Below are positions 58,498 to 64,000 of a stretch of DNA of 64,000 nt, in pieces (positions within the stretch are counted from its first letter, which is position 1; the number at the start of each line of letters is the position of its first letter). The DNA is taken from positions 62,001-126,000 of the IMG/VR virus record IMGVR_UViG_3300027754_000034; one strand, 5' to 3'. Both the position numbers and the translations under genes were made by a program. A model generated the notes under the pieces. The model was not told where the DNA came from. It saw only the letters and a program-made list of their open reading frames with translations, and made no database searches.

Positions 58498-58512
58498 ATG
58501 TGTAATAAATAG

Positions 58513-58581
58513 TTGCGCGATATATGGCAGATATTGCCACGATATATGGCAGATATTGCAACGATATATGGCAGGTACTGC
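58513..58581. repeat. 22-bp tandem repeat x3
   Basis: CGATATATGGCAG at 58518, 58540 and 58562. Confidence 0.9.
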
Positions 58582-58710
58582 TATGCTTGATCCTATATAT
58601 CGAGTGATTCTTCTTTTAAATTATACCAAAAACGGTGAAGACCCGGAAATTTACACGGAAACAAGTGTAAATCACGATTTATCTTCAACCAATTACAGGG
58701 TCTTCTTTGG

Positions 58711-58926
58711 TTATAAATCTTTTCTCTTGGATATTAAAAATAACGACCTCTTCATTAAATTCCGCATCTCTACTTGTAATTCGGATATTCTTTCCATGAT
58801 ACTGCACAATTCACATTCTTCGAATTTCACCCTATAAACCCCCTTTACAAGGTGACTGATAGCCCGCAGTTCCGTTCTACAATTTAGGCATTCTTTCGTC
58901 CTAGGTTTAAAAGGTATGACTTTCAT
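58711..58926 (-). CDS. Hypothetical Zn-ribbon protein
   Basis: CLNC...CELC. Confidence 0.45.
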   Translation of the reverse strand: MKVIPFKPRTKECLNCRTELRAISHLVKGVYRVKFEECELCSIMERISELQVEMRNLMKRSLFLISKRKDL

Positions 58927-58976
58927 TCTTAGGTTCTTTTTCCGAAATTGTCGAATTTATCCGAAGCCGGGAATCC

Positions 58977-59033
58977 ATTCAATTGTTCACTTCTAAAATG
59001 TTTCGGTAAAATTTTAGAAGTGAACAATTGAAT
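58977..59033. repeat. 23-bp perfect inverted repeat with 11-nt spacer
   Basis: ATTCAATTGTTCACTTCTAAAAT / ATTTTAGAAGTGAACAATTGAAT. Confidence 0.92.
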
Positions 59034-59299
59034 TGTACCATGAACGAAATACGGTAATCATAAATTTCACTTATAGAATTTTCACTTCTACAATGCGAAA
59101 AACAGATTCAGTAAATACCCAATACTTTATTGAGACATTCTGTATCTGTCCTCGACACTCCGTACAATTTTACTAAACACTTTTTACCATGTAAAGCCGA
59201 CTTGGTAGCGCCTTGCCCCTAGTCCTTGATAGAATCATAAATCGATACTTTACAGACTCTTCCCATTATGTAATTTTCTTTGAAGAATACCCAGGGAAT

Positions 59300-59968
59300 T
59301 TATATTAACTCCGAATTATTGACTATTTTAAAGGTTCCTAAGGATTTGGCTTCAGATACGGATTTTTGAAGATCATTCTTGTCCATATCTTTTGAATCTA
59401 AGTAGAACACTTCGACTTCATCATCCATTAAATGGATTTCTTCCCTTTGAGCAGAGAAATATAAATATTTAAATATTACCCTTAAAGGTGTTTCCTTTGG
59501 AAGTGGATATCCCGTCCTCAACTGATAAGAAATTTTGAAGCGTTCAACCGTCTTATCTACTTCAGGTACTAATGCAATGAAATACTTCAATCCTTCTCTT
59601 CGAAAATGGATTTTAAACCATTGCTCCGGTTTATCCTCAGACCAGAATTTCAAATGCTCCACCATCTCCCGGGATTTCTCCAAAACGAATACCGGGCTTA
59701 ATTTTCCATTCCGTACAATCCAAGCGCATCCCGCGATTTCGCCGTTCGGACATGAATCGATAGATTTTTCGATGGCTTTTTCGATGGATTCTGTCTGCGT
59801 ATTCAAATCCTGGGGCCACAGGAGCGGTACGTAGGATACAATTACAAAGGATTTCAGACTGTCGGTATCTTGCCTTGCGATGATTTCCATACTCTTTCCT
59901 GAATGAAAGACTCCGAGTTTACCGAAATTTTCTTTTAAAAACATATAAATTACATCCCCAAAACGCAC
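59300..59968 (-). CDS. Hypothetical protein
   Basis: 222-aa ORF (the start may be the internal ATG). Confidence 0.6.
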   Translation of the reverse strand: MRFGDVIYMFLKENFGKLGVFHSGKSMEIIARQDTDSLKSFVIVSYVPLLWPQDLNTQTESIEKAIEKSIDSCPNGEIAGCAWIVRNGKLSPVFVLEKSREMVEHLKFWSEDKPEQWFKIHFRREGLKYFIALVPEVDKTVERFKISYQLRTGYPLPKETPLRVIFKYLYFSAQREEIHLMDDEVEVFYLDSKDMDKNDLQKSVSEAKSLGTFKIVNNSELI

Positions 59969-60047
59969 GCGGTTTTGCGCTTTACGATAGAAAATTACTT
60001 ATTTCGCAGATTCTATTTAAAAACCACCCACCATTGGTAATTATAAA

Positions 60048-61673
60048 ATGAGCATAACAGAATCAATCGAAAAAATTTTCCACAGTTCTAGAATTGAAGA
60101 CCTTCCTGAGGATTTTTCAGAAATTCCGGCGGTTCTTTTTTTTAAGGAATATATTAAGAAGGCTAGGTCAAAAAGAAAGAAGGCGAGGAGTAATCCAAAA
60201 ATTACCATCCACGGAGTCTCAGACGTGGAATCGTCACAAGCCTTCATAGATAAACTTGATGAGGCGTACCCGGATCTCACCGGAAAACAATTTAATGAAA
60301 TTTGGGAGACTCTCCGCTTCTCTCTTGACTACGGCGTCATGGGCGGGGATCCGTGGCAACCAAAAATTCTCCCTAACGGGGGAGTTCTCATTCGAAATCA
60401 TCACCGGGTAGTTTCTATTTCTGAAAGACCTATTTTTAGTACCCGGATAGAAATAGATAAATTTCACCGAGAGCTCACCGAATTACAAGAATTGATGAGT
60501 TCTAAATTCGACGTAGAACAAAAACAAGAATATTTTTTATTCAGTGTCCTTCACCGCACTGAAAACGGGATTACGTGGACAAAAAGCATCCCAGAATCGC
60601 TTTCCCCCATCGGCAACACTTTAGTTTTCATTCCAGCTTCTTGGATTAATACCGTCCGGAACGAGGGATTGGAATCTAAATTTCCTACTATTGCCCAACA
60701 CGGATTTAAGAAAACTGTTGACCAGTCCAGTTCCGGCCTTTGTGTAATTCGCACTTTTTCCCAACAAATTTTTGGGTATTGGACATTCCGAGCCAGCGAC
60801 GAATTCGACGTTATTCTGGAAGAATTTTCCACAACTGTTGATTGGGGAGTTACAGATCCAGATTTAATTACGAACCCGGACATTAACCAACAAGACAATT
60901 CCTCCGAAGTCAGGTGCCGGGTTCGGGATATGTCTCAACAAATAAATACTAAGGGTTTATCAACACTCTTATCTCTACTAGTCAACAATGCCTTCGCCGA
61001 CGATTACGTAAAAGAAAAATGTCATGAGATTCAAAATTTTCCCCCAATATTTGGCGAAAAATATGACGTACCTCCTTATTATTGGGTGAATAATAAGGAG
61101 TACTTATACAATTATTCGAAATCTAAAGACGGAAAAATTTTCGTCTTCAAGGTGCATAATTTTCCCGTAAAGAGTTTTAAACAGTTCGAAAAGAAAATGA
61201 TCGAACAAATTAAGTTAATTATCCCGTCCGGTCAAGAGGGCTCCTTTGCGGTTTATTTTCCCTCAGTAGATGAAGAACCATTTGACGGCGAAAATTTCGG
61301 CATCAAACTTCACTCCGATGAGTTAAAGTTAACTCTTCGAAATATTTGCAAAAGAGAAAAGAAGATATTCAAGAGTAATTGGGCGAATCCGGCTTCAACA
61401 CCGGAAGAACTCGCTCAAAGAGAAGAAGATCACATGGATGATGTTTCTCCTTGGTATATCATATTTGAAACCGATTCTATTCCGGATCCCACTCAGGTGC
61501 ATAAGCAAGCTCTTCTTGCTTCTTCGATTCTTGATGATAGTTTGACTGCCATCATCCCGGCGTTAGGGTTTCATCAGGGGTATTGCTGCGGACTTGAAGA
61601 CTCGGGCAACGGTGGCATCTTCATTCCAGAAAACTTTTCAGATGAAGACGAAGAAGAATCGGACGATGAATGA
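60048..61673 (+). CDS. Hypothetical protein with acidic C-terminus
   Basis: 541-aa ORF followed by a terminator. Confidence 0.7.
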   Translation: MSITESIEKIFHSSRIEDLPEDFSEIPAVLFFKEYIKKARSKRKKARSNPKITIHGVSDVESSQAFIDKLDEAYPDLTGKQFNEIWETLRFSLDYGVMGGDPWQPKILPNGGVLIRNHHRVVSISERPIFSTRIEIDKFHRELTELQELMSSKFDVEQKQEYFLFSVLHRTENGITWTKSIPESLSPIGNTLVFIPASWINTVRNEGLESKFPTIAQHGFKKTVDQSSSGLCVIRTFSQQIFGYWTFRASDEFDVILEEFSTTVDWGVTDPDLITNPDINQQDNSSEVRCRVRDMSQQINTKGLSTLLSLLVNNAFADDYVKEKCHEIQNFPPIFGEKYDVPPYYWVNNKEYLYNYSKSKDGKIFVFKVHNFPVKSFKQFEKKMIEQIKLIIPSGQEGSFAVYFPSVDEEPFDGENFGIKLHSDELKLTLRNICKREKKIFKSNWANPASTPEELAQREEDHMDDVSPWYIIFETDSIPDPTQVHKQALLASSILDDSLTAIIPALGFHQGYCCGLEDSGNGGIFIPENFSDEDEEESDDE

Positions 61674-61690
61674 CTGAAATGTAAACATAA

Positions 61691-61737
61691 ATACAAATGA
61701 GCCCGAGGCCAGTTTTGGCTCTCGGGCTCATTTGTAT
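61691..61737. terminator. Bidirectional terminator hairpin between convergent genes
   Basis: ATACAAATGAGCCCGAG...CTCGGGCTCATTTGTAT, 17-bp stem. Confidence 0.8.
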
Positions 61738-61747
61738 GCTAGTTATT

Positions 61748-62377
61748 TTACTTTTTAGAAATCCATTTCAACAGTCCGTTTGTTCTCTTGTCAAAATTTG
61801 TGGCTGGACATTTAATGGTGTCTTGGTGACCCATCGCTATATCGAGTGTTTTCGCGATCATACAACGCTTCTTGCCAGGGGAAATACTGTCTTTCAAGCA
61901 TTTTCCCGACATATAACTTCCCATGAAATTCGCCGTGTCGGAACTGCATGAAGTCTTCCAATAATGAAGGACATCATATGCCGCTTGCACATTTTGCCCC
62001 GGATCTCTTAATGATTCTAAGGTGACGCCTTCCCAAAAATCTTCATTGATTCGGTTCAGTACCCACGGGATTCCTTTATTAAGTTGCATGGGGCCAAAAG
62101 CATTGCACTTTTTTTCCTTGCTCATCCCGTTAAAAAAACAATCTCCGTCAGGAGAATCTGGTCGATGTCTGGATTCTTCATATCCGATGGTAGCCAGTAA
62201 AATGGGGTCGATATCTGGAGAGACTATCTTGCCCTCTCGTCCGACTTCCAAGTAATGTTCTGCCATCTCCCGAGCACCATTCAAATACTTGGCGTTTCGA
62301 GCAGACCCGTCTTCAATGTTAGGATACTCATATGCCACCATCTTCAAAATGACAGCAAGAAATACTTTGAAATCCAT
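61748..62377 (-). CDS. Lytic transglycosylase/lysozyme-like protein with N-terminal signal/anchor
   Basis: DPILLATIGYEES (catalytic Glu), AFGPMQL, DP.QNV.AA. Confidence 0.72.
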   Translation of the reverse strand: MDFKVFLAVILKMVAYEYPNIEDGSARNAKYLNGAREMAEHYLEVGREGKIVSPDIDPILLATIGYEESRHRPDSPDGDCFFNGMSKEKKCNAFGPMQLNKGIPWVLNRINEDFWEGVTLESLRDPGQNVQAAYDVLHYWKTSCSSDTANFMGSYMSGKCLKDSISPGKKRCMIAKTLDIAMGHQDTIKCPATNFDKRTNGLLKWISKK

Positions 62378-62406
62378 AGTTCCTCTTAGTAGTTAGGTTG
62401 TTTTAT

Positions 62407-62889
62407 TTATTGTTTATGTAAACGAGCCATTACATTAATGAATGGTTCATAATCTAAGTATAGACTGTGTTGTATCTGTCTAGTTATTTTGTTGCAATCC
62501 TGGGTTCCCACGTAGTGAAATCTTTCGTCATTTTCGTTTCCCTTAAACAGAGTCCATACTCCTATTATATTTGAAATTGGATCTATATACTCGAGTTTCA
62601 TCCGGAAAATTCCAGGGAACTTGCTACGAATAGCCTGCACAATCTTCAGACTCGGTCGTGAAGATTCATAATTTCCTATTACCCTTTGATACATCTTATT
62701 ATTTATTTTTACATTTTCTCTGTCGATGTCGATTGGACCTGGGTCCTTCTCCACATCCCAATTCATGTATGTATCATGTCCAATAGTTTCCGGGAATAAA
62801 TGGGGTAACATAAACTGCGACCTATCAATCGCATCAATATCAGGTTCAGACCCGATAAAGATAAACCTATTGTAGCACCATCCAGACAT
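62407..62889 (-). CDS. DUF1281/YubB-like ferredoxin-fold protein
   Basis: MSGWCYNRFIFIG start, NW...K, ES..P. Confidence 0.5.
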   Translation of the reverse strand: MSGWCYNRFIFIGSEPDIDAIDRSQFMLPHLFPETIGHDTYMNWDVEKDPGPIDIDRENVKINNKMYQRVIGNYESSRPSLKIVQAIRSKFPGIFRMKLEYIDPISNIIGVWTLFKGNENDERFHYVGTQDCNKITRQIQHSLYLDYEPFINVMARLHKQ

Positions 62890-63041
62890 TTCTATATTGC
62901 ACCGGTTAATTTTTTAATTTTCCTAAACCTCGATTTTTGCTGACTTGAATCGGATCAAATCAGCAGAAAATATTTGTACCTCCGTAGTGCGCTCTGTGTG
63001 GACCGTCACGGAGCTTGTGCCCTGGCATTACCTTGGGTCGG

Positions 63042-63347
63042 TCAGCTAATTCCCAAGCGGTCGGCTTCGGCTTGGGTCAAGCCCATCGAGACCATAACGA
63101 GCGACGCTTCCAACTCCCCCCGGACTGACCCGAATGCATTGAGAATGATCCGCGAACGGACGGACTGATGAAGGTCGTCGAACTTGGACCAAATGACGAA
63201 CAAGTGCGTACAACGCGGCCTCACTCGCCTAATCAATATAATGGGCTCTGGGTTGTCGGTGGGTTCTCGAAGCTCGGCTTCGAGAACCATTTGGAGTTCT
63301 GGCTCCTCGGGTAGGGGGGTATATATCAGGTGGTCTCGGACTGGCAT
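63042..63347 (-). CDS. Small GC-rich hypothetical protein of bacterial type
   Basis: VIWSKF..L....RSRIILNAF...GLT.AEA..LG; higher GC than the flanks. Confidence 0.6.
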   Translation of the reverse strand: MPVRDHLIYTPLPEEPELQMVLEAELREPTDNPEPIILIRRVRPRCTHLFVIWSKFDDLHQSVRSRIILNAFGSVRGELEASLVMVSMGLTQAEADRLGIS

Positions 63348-63446
63348 TTTTATGTCTCCGGTTGTGGTGGCATCATCAAAAGCGGTATGCCATTGAAGTT
63401 TTCTACTTACATGTCTGCATGGACATGATTTTAAAAAAATACATTC

Positions 63447-63872
63447 CTAATGCAATTTGACTACTTCTACTGGTGTTCCCCATATATCTCTTCCTGTGTC
63501 TCCGCTTATAACAAGGCAGTCAAACCCTAACTTTTTAAGCTCAGGCAGAGACTCTTCTATTACTAAAGCTATATCACCCATCACTTCTAGCGGTTTACTC
63601 AGCGATTCTATGAATTCCAGATGATTTGGATTATCTAAATCCAGGAACGCAATTTTCGAACAATTGGGGAGTTTATGTTCCTCAGGAACTCCATAAAATT
63701 CTGCGCCTTCAAAATCTGTGTGATAGTAAGTCCCACTTAAAAGAGACGACGAGCTACCGCTCCTCCATAGCTTCCCGTCCCACTCCTGGTCATAAGCTTT
63801 ATAAGCTTTTTCTATTAATTGTCTTAAATTAGAAAAAGAAAAATTTGTTGGAATACTTAATTTATTTAGCAC
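63447..63872 (-). CDS. Hypothetical protein
   Basis: 141-aa ORF. Confidence 0.55.
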   Translation of the reverse strand: MLNKLSIPTNFSFSNLRQLIEKAYKAYDQEWDGKLWRSGSSSSLLSGTYYHTDFEGAEFYGVPEEHKLPNCSKIAFLDLDNPNHLEFIESLSKPLEVMGDIALVIEESLPELKKLGFDCLVISGDTGRDIWGTPVEVVKLH

Positions 63873-63932
63873 AATTTAACTCAAAATTACATGTAATTGT
63901 ACCATTCATAGTATGAACCCCGAGGCTTCGCT

Positions 63933-63998
63933 TCATGGCGCCTCGAGCGCGCGATCGATCACGGCGTCGCTCCACCTGAGCACGTGCTCGGGGTCGAA
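63933..63998 (-). CDS. 3' end of a high-GC gene continuing beyond the window
   Basis: FDPEHVLRWSDAVIDRALEAP*, with almost all codons ending in G or C. Confidence 0.5.
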   Translation of the reverse strand, partial: FDPEHVLRWSDAVIDRALEAP

Positions 63999-64000
63999 AC

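Noticed and set aside
57843-58581. Possible CRISPR array
   Set aside because: The repeats are tandem with no unique 30-40-nt spacers, and there are no cas genes.
1-64000. Stop-codon reassignment as in some jumbo phages
   Set aside because: Conserved enzymes are full length under the standard code, and TAA, TAG and TGA all end genes.

Overview
A 64-kb segment of a large, AT-rich (roughly 35% GC by eye) dsDNA bacteriophage, probably a jumbo phage, using the standard genetic code. It holds the replication, recombination and nucleotide-metabolism genes. Replication: SNF2 helicase, DnaC-like loader, DnaB-like helicase, stand-alone CHC2 primase Zn finger, minimal ATP-dependent ligase, family A DNA polymerase, SSB-like protein. 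Recombination: RecA, half-length SbcC, RuvB, RuvC, a RuvA-CTD fusion. Nucleotide metabolism: dCTP deaminase, degenerate ThyX, thymidine kinase, MazG, HD hydrolase. It also has two sigma factors, IF-1, three J-domain proteins, Dam, two HNH and one GIY-YIG nuclease, tRNA-Ser(GGA), several virion/fibre proteins (beta-helix, collagen, kelch, G/S/T-rich) and host-type enzymes (nitrilase, pyroglutamyl peptidase, ferritin-like, flavodoxin-like, glycosyltransferase, methyltransferase). The most notable observations are: (1) a shared N-terminal [RK]IAxx[IL] leader, with an extended ~39-aa version, on at least seven otherwise unrelated proteins, a candidate capsid-cargo targeting system; (2) a single-base A9 frameshift that separates one of these proteins from its GC-rich pentapeptide-repeat domain; (3) a novel protein ending in a RuvA domain III module; (4) a recurring CTGAGTGTAA/TGTAA motif just upstream of start codons; (5) a largely non-coding 56.8-59.3 kb region with 21-22-bp iteron-like arrays and a 23-bp perfect inverted repeat (candidate origin or terminus); (6) near-identical acidic C-terminal tails on RecA and SNF2. 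All annotations come from reading motifs by eye; no database search was run.
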